Assembly: GCA_963769935.1 (NCBI GenBank)
Contig: CAVYNY010000013.1
Location: 448,001 to 512,000, forward strand
Length of the DNA stretch: 64,000 bases
Direction: 5' to 3'
DNA from: an uncultured delta proteobacterium
GTDB taxonomy: Bacteria; Desulfobacterota; Desulfobacteria; Desulfobacterales; JAFDCJ01
Shown piece after piece: positions 41,946-51,068 of the stretch (positions are counted from its first letter, which is position 1; each line of letters starts with the position of its first letter). Made by a program: the position numbers and the translations under genes. The notes below the pieces were generated by a model. The model saw only the letters and a program-made list of their open reading frames with translations. It did no database searches and was not told where the DNA came from.

Positions 41946-42032
41946 AATAGTGCTCAAAAGATCAGTTTTAGTAACCTATTAAACGTCCCTATATTGATGA
42001 AACTATGGGCTTGGTAAGGAGACATTGGAAAT

Positions 42033-42386
42033 ATGAAGGTTTATCGAAAAGGCACGGGGGAAAAATACACGCCGTTCAACCATTTTGATATGACAACCCA
42101 GGTCATATTCAATCCGGATACCGGCTGCCCCAAGGTGAACGCCACCCTCACGACACTGAAAAAAGGTTCCGGCAGTAATGATGAAATCCACGAGACCTCG
42201 GATCAGCTTTTGTTTATGATTCAGGGCGCTATGAATGTCTATGCTCACGGCAACCTGCTTGAAACACTGAACACTGGCGATGCCTTGCTGATAAACGCCG
42301 GAGACACCCACGCTGTGAAAAATGAGAAGGACACGGATGCCGTCTTTCTTGCGATAACGGTGCCCCCGCTCGATAAAACGCACTGA
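42033..42386 (+). CDS. Cupin domain protein
   Basis: EIHETSDQ...GD...THAVKN motifs. Confidence 0.85.
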   Translation: MKVYRKGTGEKYTPFNHFDMTTQVIFNPDTGCPKVNATLTTLKKGSGSNDEIHETSDQLLFMIQGAMNVYAHGNLLETLNTGDALLINAGDTHAVKNEKDTDAVFLAITVPPLDKTH

Positions 42387-42447
42387 CATTCCGATCAACC
42401 CGGGAATCCGGGTGAACCAGCAGTACCCCGCGGAGGAGGAAAACGTG

Positions 42448-43536
42448 ATGAGTGAACAGCTGCCAGAAACTATGAACGCGTTGGTCTTAAACGCTCCGGG
42501 AAAGTTTGACATTCAGACGGTGCCGGTGCCCGCACCGGGCCCCTTTGAAGTGCTCTGCCGAATTCGCGCCGTGGCGATCTGCGGCACCGATCCCGAGGTG
42601 ATTGCAGGCGGGTTCCCCGGCTATTGGCCGCCGGCCTACCCCTTTATTCCCGGACATGAATGGGCGGGCGAGATCGTGGCGATCGGCGAGCATGCGCTGG
42701 GATTCCAGGTCGGCGACCGGGTGGCCGGCGAGGCCTGGAAGGGATGCGGCCATTGTTACCGCTGCATCGCGGGGCATTACAACCTATGCGAGAACTACGG
42801 ACGCCCGGATTCCGGGATGCGGCATTATGGTTTCCAAGCCAGCGGCGCCTATGCCCAGTACAATGTCTACTCCATCAAGAGCATTCACCAAATGCAGCCC
42901 CAGGTGTCGTTTCAGGAAGGCGCCCTGGTGGACACCGCGGGGGTCGGGATGCACGGCGTCGAATTGGCCGGAGTCACCCCCGGCGGCGTGGTCGCGGTGA
43001 TCGGTCCCGGTCCGATAGGGATCCTCACCATGCGCACGGCGCGGATCATGGGGGCGAGCAAGGTCATCATGGTCGGCCGGCGCTCCCGCCTGGAAGCCGC
43101 CGGGAGGCTGGGTGCCGACTGCCTGGTGGATTTCGAGAAAGAGGAGCCCGTTGCGGCCGTGCGGGCAGCCGCAGGCGGCCGCCCGGTCGACGAGGTCTTC
43201 GAGTGCTCGGGAGCCGAGGGCACCTTCCGGCAGGCGGTCATGATGGTCAGGGAAGGCGGACGGGTAGCTCTTTTGGGGGTCCCGCCGGCTACGGCCATGG
43301 AGCCGCTGCCCTTCAGGCACATCTGCCGCAACGAAATAGCCATCTTCGGCGTCAAAGCCAATCCGAACGTCAGTGCGAAAACACTGGCATTGATCGCTTC
43401 GGGTCAGCTGGCCGTGAAGGACTTGATCACCCATGTGTTCCCTCTGCAGGAGTTCGGGAATGCGCTGGATACATTCGTCAATCGGCGCGAGGGAGCGGTC
43501 AAGGTCGTTATCGAACCCAATGGACCTGAATCCTGA
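42448..43536 (+). CDS. Zn-dependent (MDR) dehydrogenase, paralog 2
   Basis: Same motifs as 36507..37580; GGAGGAGG RBS before ATG 42448. Confidence 0.92.
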   Translation: MSEQLPETMNALVLNAPGKFDIQTVPVPAPGPFEVLCRIRAVAICGTDPEVIAGGFPGYWPPAYPFIPGHEWAGEIVAIGEHALGFQVGDRVAGEAWKGCGHCYRCIAGHYNLCENYGRPDSGMRHYGFQASGAYAQYNVYSIKSIHQMQPQVSFQEGALVDTAGVGMHGVELAGVTPGGVVAVIGPGPIGILTMRTARIMGASKVIMVGRRSRLEAAGRLGADCLVDFEKEEPVAAVRAAAGGRPVDEVFECSGAEGTFRQAVMMVREGGRVALLGVPPATAMEPLPFRHICRNEIAIFGVKANPNVSAKTLALIASGQLAVKDLITHVFPLQEFGNALDTFVNRREGAVKVVIEPNGPES

Positions 43537-43712
43537 CCCAACCTGCAGCGACGACCCAGCGTGCCTGCGACTGCTTCCAACCCGGGACGCTGATCCGGAC
43601 ATTTCACGGGTGGAGGTGGCGGCAGCCGCAAGGCGTCGGATTATGATGCTTTACCTAAGGTAGGTTGAATGAATTTTATTTTTATGACATGGGCGGGCTA
43701 AGGAGAGCCACG

Positions 43713-44468
43713 ATGATCAACTACACCATTCGGCAGATCCAGACCGGCTGGCAATTTCTGGACAAGGGATTGTACGGCACCTACGGAAAGGGGTATGGCG
43801 AAATCATCGAACACCCCGTGTTCTGCTTCCTGATCGAAGGGGGGGGGCGCAAAATACTCGTTGACACGGGCATGAGCGACACGGAACACTCCAAAAAATA
43901 CCATCACGAAGGCAGGCAGGACCCCGGCCAGGCGATCCACGAGCAGCTTGCCCGGCTCGGGGTCGGCGTCGATGAAATCGAGATCATCATCTTCACGCAT
44001 CTGCACTGGGATCACTGTTACAATGTAAAGAAGTTCCCCCGGGCGCGGCTTTTTGCGAGCGAGATCGAATATCGCTTTGCACTGGACCCCATCCCGTTCT
44101 ATTGGAATTCATACGAAGCGCCGGCCCTCGGAATCGGATGCCCCTTTGACGGTTGCCATTTCAACCTCATCCAGGGGGAGGAGGAAATCGTCGAAGGAAT
44201 CCGCGCCTACCCTACCCCCGGACACAGTCCCGGTCACATGGCCGTATCCGTGCAGACTTTAAATGGGGTGTACTCGCTCATCGGAGACTTGATCCTGCTG
44301 CGGGAGTCGTTGCAGCCCAACACGGAGAAGGGATGGCCTCTGACGCCGCCGGGCCGGTTCTACAACATCGTCGAAGTCTGGCACAGCATGGAGGAGGTCA
44401 TCCGGCGTTCCGATCATATCCTCATGACGCATGATCCCGGGCAACTGAAGCAGGAAATATACCCATGA
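43713..44468 (+). CDS. Metallo-beta-lactamase fold, N-acyl homoserine lactonase-like family
   Basis: VDTG, THLHWDH, TPGHSPGH, GD and HD motifs. Confidence 0.9.
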   Translation: MINYTIRQIQTGWQFLDKGLYGTYGKGYGEIIEHPVFCFLIEGGGRKILVDTGMSDTEHSKKYHHEGRQDPGQAIHEQLARLGVGVDEIEIIIFTHLHWDHCYNVKKFPRARLFASEIEYRFALDPIPFYWNSYEAPALGIGCPFDGCHFNLIQGEEEIVEGIRAYPTPGHSPGHMAVSVQTLNGVYSLIGDLILLRESLQPNTEKGWPLTPPGRFYNIVEVWHSMEEVIRRSDHILMTHDPGQLKQEIYP

Positions 44469-45103
44469 CAGCAACAGGTCGCCGGGGGCAAGGCTCCCGG
44501 CAGAACACAGCGACCCGACGCGTCAAAGACGAGCTGGTGCGATCCGCCCGGCGCGCTTACGAAATCGGCCTTCAGACAGGAGACGGCGGCAACTTGAGCG
44601 GCCGGGTGGCCGGTACGGATCTGGTTGTCATCAAAGCGAGCGGGGTTTCCTTCGGCGAATGCAGGCCGGACAACCTGGTGACCGTCAACCTCCAGGGCGA
44701 AATCGTCCACGGCGAAGCGAAGCCTTCGCGGGAGCTTTTCACTCATCTGGCGGTCTACACGGCGCGGCCGGAGATCCTGGGAATTTGCCACTGTCACGGC
44801 CCCTGGTCCATTGCCTGTGCCGAATTCCATTCCCAGATCCGCTGCATCAGCCTGCATGCCGGATCCAAAATCGGACCGATCCCGGTTCTGAAAGTCGCAG
44901 GACAAGGCGACCTGAAGGTCAAGAAGGCCGTTGAAGCCCTGCTGGCAAAATATCCGGGCTTGAAGGCATTCGTGCAGGCCCGGCACGGGATTTTCGCCAT
45001 GGCGGAATCCGTTACCCGGGCGGAGCACCATGCGGAATTGGTCGAGGAAACGGCGCAGATCGCCTGGCTGGTGGCCATGCGCAAGCTGCCGCGGGTTTCC
45101 TGA
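44465..45103 (+). CDS. Class II aldolase/adducin family protein
   Basis: GGNLS, PSRE, H, HCH and RHG metal motifs. Confidence 0.9.
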   Translation: MTATGRRGQGSRQNTATRRVKDELVRSARRAYEIGLQTGDGGNLSGRVAGTDLVVIKASGVSFGECRPDNLVTVNLQGEIVHGEAKPSRELFTHLAVYTARPEILGICHCHGPWSIACAEFHSQIRCISLHAGSKIGPIPVLKVAGQGDLKVKKAVEALLAKYPGLKAFVQARHGIFAMAESVTRAEHHAELVEETAQIAWLVAMRKLPRVS

Positions 45104-45117
45104 GGAGCTTTTTTTCG

Positions 45118-46398
45118 ATGCCGAAACAAATCGTATTGCTCGGAACGCTAGACACCAAGGGACCGGAGATCCAATTCGCCAAACAGCTGGTTGAACGCCG
45201 GGGGCACGTCGCGGTCGTAATCGATTGCGGCATTATGGGAGAGCCGTATTTCGCTGCGGCGGTCTCGAGACAGGAAGTCGCCGGCGCCGCCGGGACCACC
45301 CTCACGGAAATCATCGCCCGGGGCGACAAGAATGCCGCTATCCGGACGATGACGGCCGGATCAACAGCCATTGTCAAGCGGCTTCACGCAGCCGGCCGGA
45401 TGGATGGAATTCTCGCCCTGGGCGGCGGTCAGGGTACCGTGATGGGAACCGCGGTAATGCAGGCCCTGCCCTTCGGAGTGCCCAAGGTCATGCTGTCGGC
45501 CGTCGCCAACGGCCAGACCGCGTTCGGTCCTTTCGTCGGAACCCGGGACATCACGATCATCCACTCGGTAGCCGACGTCCTGGGGCTGAACATCATCACC
45601 CGGCGAGTCCTGGCTGAAGCGGTGGGCGCCATAACCGGTATGGTTGAGATAGATTTCGATGAACCCGGTTCGGGCCGCCCCGCCATCGCCATGACGACTG
45701 CGGGCGTCACGACGCTCTGTGCCATGCGCGCCCGGGATGTCCTGGATTCCAGGGGCTACGAAGTGATCGCCTTCCATTGCAACGGCATCGGCGCCCAGGC
45801 CATGGAAGAATTGGCCGAAGCCGGGCTGCTCGCCGGCATCCTGGACATCAGCCCGCATGACATCACGGATTATCTCTTCGGGGGCATCTTCCCGGCCTTC
45901 CGGAACCGGATGGAGGCAACCTGCCGGCTGGGGATTCCCCAGGTGGTTGTACCGGGAACCACCGATTTCATTCTGTATGCCGGGATTGACTCCGTGCCGC
46001 CCGAAATGTTGCAGCGCAAATACGTCATCCACAATCCGATCCATACCCACGTGCGCACCAACCATGAGGAAATGGCGGCGGTCGGACGCTTTATCGCCGA
46101 ACGGCTGATCCGCAGCACCGGACCGGCGGAGGTGATCATCCCCAAACGGGGTTTCACGGCGCTCAACACGGCCGGCGGTCCGATGTACGACCCGCAATCG
46201 GACAGCGGTTTTGCGGAGGGCCTTTTAGAGACCCTCGGGCAAGGCGGTGCGCATAAGGTCCGCGTGGAGGAAATCGACCGGCATATCAACGACCCCGAGT
46301 TTGCCGAAGCCCTCGCCCTAAGGATCGATACACTGGTCACGCAGGCGAACCCTTTGCATACACGGAATATACAGGAGCATCATGAACCCCGCCGATAA
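45118..46398 (+). CDS. Tm-1-like ATP-binding domain protein (UPF0261), copy 1
   Basis: GTLDTKGPE, LPFGVPK, SVADVLGLN, FHCNGIG and HINDPEFA motifs. Confidence 0.9.
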   Translation: MPKQIVLLGTLDTKGPEIQFAKQLVERRGHVAVVIDCGIMGEPYFAAAVSRQEVAGAAGTTLTEIIARGDKNAAIRTMTAGSTAIVKRLHAAGRMDGILALGGGQGTVMGTAVMQALPFGVPKVMLSAVANGQTAFGPFVGTRDITIIHSVADVLGLNIITRRVLAEAVGAITGMVEIDFDEPGSGRPAIAMTTAGVTTLCAMRARDVLDSRGYEVIAFHCNGIGAQAMEELAEAGLLAGILDISPHDITDYLFGGIFPAFRNRMEATCRLGIPQVVVPGTTDFILYAGIDSVPPEMLQRKYVIHNPIHTHVRTNHEEMAAVGRFIAERLIRSTGPAEVIIPKRGFTALNTAGGPMYDPQSDSGFAEGLLETLGQGGAHKVRVEEIDRHINDPEFAEALALRIDTLVTQANPLHTRNIQEHHEPRR

Positions 46399-47676
46399 AT
46401 CGGGCTTTTTTGCGGATCGCGCGCGCCTGGACATGGCGCGCTATCTGGTTTTCGACTATCGCTTCGAAACGGCGATTGCGCCCGAGGAAGCCGCCGCGCA
46501 CCTGTGCCAGGAACAATCCACCGCGCAATGGAAGCGGGTCGGGGTGCAGGAGGACCTGCGGGAGCGTTTCGGTGCCAAAGTCATCGATCTGCAGATTGAG
46601 CGCCGGCAGGAGGCCCCCTCATTTCCTTCGGCCGCGCTCGCAGAAGGAGCGGTTGATGTCTGCCGGGTCAAAATCGCCCATCCGCACGGAAATTTCGGCC
46701 CCAAACTGCCGAACATTCTGACGGCCGCCTGCGGCGAGGGCGCTTTTTTTTCGCCGGGGATTTCGGCCATCAAGCTGCTGGACATCGAGTTCCCCGACGC
46801 GTTTCTGGAGAATTTCCAGGGGCCTCAATTCGGGGTCGAGGGTCTGCGCCGCATGCTGCAGGTCTATGATCGACCGCTTTTTTTCGGCGTGATCAAGCCC
46901 AACATCGGCCTGCCGCCGGAGCCGTTTGCCGAGCTCGCCTATCAGGCCTGGCTGGGGGGGTTGGATATCGCCAAAGACGATGAAATGCTGTGCGATGTCG
47001 ACTGGTCGCCGTTACGCAAGAGGGCCCGATTGTTGGGCGCGGCGCGCTTGAAAAGTGAGAAAGAAACCGGAGAAAAGAAAATATACCTGGCGAATATCAC
47101 CGATGAAGTCGACCGGCTGATTGAATTGCACGACATTGCCGTGGCGGCCGGAGCCAATGCCGTGATGGTCAACGGCATGACAACCGGGTTAAGTGCGGTG
47201 CGCATGTTGCGCAAGCATGCCCGGGTACCGCTGGTGGGACATTTCGACTTTATCGCGCCGTTCACTCAAATTCCTTTTTACGGCGTGCATTCAAAATTGG
47301 TCACCAAGCTGCAGCGGCTGGTGGGTTTTGATGCCATTATCATGCCGGGTTTCGGAAACAGGATGAAAACCCCGCAGGATGAAGTATTGGAAAATGTGCA
47401 GGAATGCTTCAAACCCATGGGCCATATCAAAGACACCCTGCCGGTTCCGGCCGGCAGCCAATGGGCCGGCTCCACGGTAAAATTATATCAGCAGCCTGGG
47501 TACGATTGATTTCGGGATTGTGCCGGGCAGGGGTGTTTTCGGCCATCCCATGGGACCCCGAAGGCGGCGCCGCCAGTCTGAGACAGGGTTGGGAATCGGT
47601 TCAAAAGAGTATGACCCTTGAAGAATACGCCAAGGATCATCCGGAGTTAAAGGCGGCGATTGAGGCGTTTTCGTGA
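46382..47676 (+). CDS. rlp: RuBisCO-like protein (form IV RLP, IV-Photo-like); two +1 frameshifts near the 3' end as sequenced
   Basis: [13 protein letters not shown] and [10 protein letters not shown] motifs. Removing one base at about 47495 and one at about 47557 restores [32 protein letters not shown]...HPEL. Confidence 0.92.
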
Positions 47677-47736
47677 TGGTCCGTTGCCGGCAAATTTTAT
47701 TACTACCATGAATACCCAACAACCGGCCACTGACAT

Positions 47737-48968
47737 TTACTTTGCTTCACCCATCACCTCCAACAATTGCTCAAAGGCGACAGTGGCAAATTCGTCATCG
47801 TTGATGTGAGCTTCTACCTCGATGATGGGGATGTCCCGCCGCAGGTTTTTTTTCAATTCCTTCAAAAACACCGGATTACCATCAGGATTCCACAAAGCCA
47901 GACCTTTCTTGTCCTGAGAGCAGAATCCCTGCGCCGGATAACAGGAATTTAACCTTGCCTTTCGCCTTGTTTAATTTTTCAGCAAAAGTTGCAGCGATGA
48001 TTTTCAATTCTTCCACGGTTGTATTTATAAGGGTAATATTCGGATTGTGGTAGTATTTTTGGCGATCATCATATTTTGACTGCAAAGCGTCTTCGCTGCT
48101 CAATACGATGATGTTGGCCGCTCCGGGTGTCACCACGGTCGGGACGCCCATTTCCAGTGCGGCTTCCATTCTGCCGGGCTTGGCGACATGCAGGCCCCCA
48201 AAATTATTGGCAACCAATTCGTTGGTTGAAAAGTCCAGCACACCGGCAAAATATTTTTCAGGGACCAAGGTGTCCATGCAATCACCGCCGGTGCCGTTGG
48301 CATGGAAGGTCAAAACTTCATAGCCGCGTTTTTCGAGCTCAGGTTTTATAACGCTCATGATGGGCTTGGTGGTTGTGCCCAGCATGCTGATGGCGATACT
48401 TTTAGGTTTTTTATCGGATGCCTCCGGTTTTACTTTAACCATTCCCACAATGGCACCCACCGCATTGTTGAAAACTCTTCTGCTGATCGAATTTATACCC
48501 AGGATATCGATAACGGAATGCATGACGGTGGCATCATTGTATCCGATGAGATCACTAAACAGGTGTTTGCCGGAAGCAATCGTGGAAACGGCGATCTTGG
48601 GTACGCCCAGCGGTAAGGCATCCATGGCCGCACGCGCTAATACGGACCCTTCCGCACCGCCGATGGCAATCAGACCCTGGATAGTTCCTTCTTCATAAAG
48701 CTTCTTCACATAAGTCTGTAGGCAATCCCGCATTCTTTCTATTGCGGCCCCCCTGGAGCCGGCATTCGACAAGCTCCTGGATGGTTTTACCTGAATACTC
48801 GACAACCTGGTCGCGGGTAACCTCAGGCTCCAGAAAGACCGGTTTGCCAAGGATGCCCGAATCAACCACCAGAGCGTTGACATGGCAGGATTCTATGCGC
48901 TGCTTCAAGTAGAGTGCTTCTTCTCCTTTGGTATCGCAGGTTGCGATGATTGCAATTGTGTCAGACAT
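47737..48968 (-). pseudogene. Tm-1-like (UPF0261) protein, copy 2; frameshifted as sequenced, possibly intact
   Basis: ATCDTKGEE, LPLGVPK, FHANGTGG and HINDDEFA are spread over three frames, with shifts at about 48765 and 47940. Confidence 0.85.
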
Positions 48969-49039
48969 AGCATGAATCCTCAATGTCCAATCAGATACTC
49001 AATTCCGGACGAACTATTTCGAAATAGGGATACGAACCG

Positions 49040-49765
49040 TTATTCAAATGCGCTAAAATGCCTAAAATTAAATTGACTAAAATAATTCGATGCGCTTAAA
49101 GCGCTAACTCTCGTATTCTTCCAGTTCGGCCAGAAGGTCGTTGAAAAATTCTCGGCGGATCTGATTCCGCCCCTCCGGGCCGCGAATTCTTTGCCGGTCT
49201 TGGTATAAAACGTCAAATTTTTGAAACCGGCCCGCCACTTGACGATGGCATACAGATTTTTATAATCCTGATGGCCCGCCAAACCGCGCTGTCCGAACTC
49301 CACATAAGTCCTCACAACCTGAAGGATACCGATTTTCCCTATCTTTTCCAGCAAATCGGCATCATGGACGACCTTGGCTTCCAGACTGGGCGGCTCGACT
49401 TCAAAACCGGGCATGGCTCCCTTATGGCTCAGGATGCAGTCGGCAATCTTTTTCCTTTCGGCCGCACTCCAATCACCCAGACGGTCCACGCACTTCTCGG
49501 CGCCGATGCGGTGATGGACCGCCGGATCCGGATTATACAAAAAGCCGATATCATGCAGCAGAATCGCCGGCAGTACGATCTGCATGTCGGCCCCCTCGGC
49601 TTCGCCGATCCGGACGGCATTGATCGTGTCCCGGTAGATATGGTCCCAGTTATGAGCGACGAAATCACGGCTCTCAAAGGCGGTTTTGACGCTGTCGTGG
49701 ATCATCTTTATCCGCTTGTCTGCAAGGTATCCCTCAAGTTGCGTGCGTGCCGACATTTCAAACAT
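49040..49765 (-). CDS. HD-domain phosphohydrolase; probable frameshift near the C-terminus
   Basis: HNWDH, LLHDIG, HH, SH and DADLLE motifs. Confidence 0.8.
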   Translation of the reverse strand: MFEMSARTQLEGYLADKRIKMIHDSVKTAFESRDFVAHNWDHIYRDTINAVRIGEAEGADMQIVLPAILLHDIGFLYNPDPAVHHRIGAEKCVDRLGDWSAAERKKIADCILSHKGAMPGFEVEPPSLEAKVVHDADLLEKIGKIGILQVVRTYVEFGQRGLAGHQDYKNLYAIVKWRAGFKNLTFYTKTGKEFAARRGGIRSAENFSTTFWPNWKNTRVSALSASNYFSQFNFRHFSAFE

Positions 49766-49773
49766 CTCCGGAC

Positions 49774-50891
49774 TTAAAGACCTGCCGCCTCTGCAACCAG
49801 ATCCACCAGATTGACTACCTTGATATTATTTATACTCCGGGCAGTCATTGTTTTTTTGAAGGTTTCATCACAGCGCGGACAACCCGAAACCAAAAGGGCA
49901 GCTCCGGTCTCTCTGGCTTCATCGATTCTCAACGCGGCGATTGCTTCTGACACATCTGATCGATGAACCGCCAACATCCCCCTGCCCCGCAACAATTGGC
50001 CCATTGTTTATGAGTCGCCATCTCTTTGAACTCATCATCCAGGATTTTTGAAAGAATAAACCGGGGCGAATCCACATCCTCAAAAAATCTCGCCAGGACG
50101 CAGGGATCGTGATAGGTGGCACCATCAGTAACCTTGCTGATCACAGGTATCTGATTATTCTTCAACCAGTCTGCCATCAGAGCATTGATATGCAGGATCT
50201 TTATTCCCTTAATGTCACCGCCGAATCGTAGATGTTCTTCCCATCAGCATCCTGTAGCTGCGGCCATCCAGAGCGACAACCGTCGAAACTTGGCTGTCTC
50301 TGATCTTTTCTGCAACCAGGCTGATAATTGTTTGGCGCCTTCAAAGTCTCCCAGTTGATATAGCGCCCAACCACTGGCGGGTTCATCCGCAAGTACTTTA
50401 AATGATTTACCGGCCTGATTGAAGAGTTTGCCGGCGGCGATCAGCGTTGGTATTTGAGAATCCCTTGCCGCTCTGCCGCAAAACAGCAGTGTGTCGGCAT
50501 CGGAATCGAGCGCAATCCGGCATGCGGTCAATATCCTTTGCGGATTTTCCCCCTGTACCGGATTCTGGCGCAGACCTTTGGTGTAGGCGATGACTTCATC
50601 CGGTGCCAGGCCCTTTTCAAAGAGACGGGCTCTGGTATCAATCACGAGTTCTTCGTGATCGTAATTACCCACACACCATTGCTGCAGCATGCGGTCATTG
50701 AGGGTGGTATACATGATATCCGCCACATCCTCATCATATCCAAGCAGTCCGTTATCTAAGGCAGATATGATGGCCCCCCGGCCGCGTGGCGTATAGGATT
50801 CTCTGCGTACGACCTGGCCTACCCGGTCGGCACAATGACACATCATGCAAAAACGGCAGGCCCAGATGGTTTCCGTCTCTTTCCTTTTCAC
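49774..50891 (-). pseudogene. (Fe-S)-binding CCG-domain protein (GlpC/HdrD-like); frameshifted as sequenced
   Basis: CRFCMMCHC, PRG, YHDPCVLAR, CCGAGG and SGCPRC are spread over several frames. Confidence 0.82.
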
Positions 50892-51068
50892 TCAAAAACA
50901 TCGCTGTTACCTTTTAAATTAAACGTTCTAATTTACGAATCTACCCGATTGGGATCATTTGTCCAAATTCATTGGAATATGCTTCGAAATCGATATTCGA
51001 AATTCGAATTTTGCCTTGCTCAGCCTTCAGCAGGATTCGGCCTCCCCAAATATGGATAAGATCATCGG

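Noticed and set aside
43713..44468. Quorum-quenching or beta-lactamase function
   Set aside because: Only the fold supports it; the catabolic operon context favours a metabolic lactonase.
46382..47676. CO2-fixing RuBisCO / Calvin cycle
   Set aside because: The motif is DIAKDDE with form IV features, and there is no small subunit or phosphoribulokinase nearby.
44465..47676. Methionine salvage (mtnB/mtnW) assignment
   Set aside because: No MtnK, MtnA, MtnX or MTA phosphorylase is present. The context is sugar ABC plus dehydrogenases, and the RLP resembles IV-Photo rather than YkrW.
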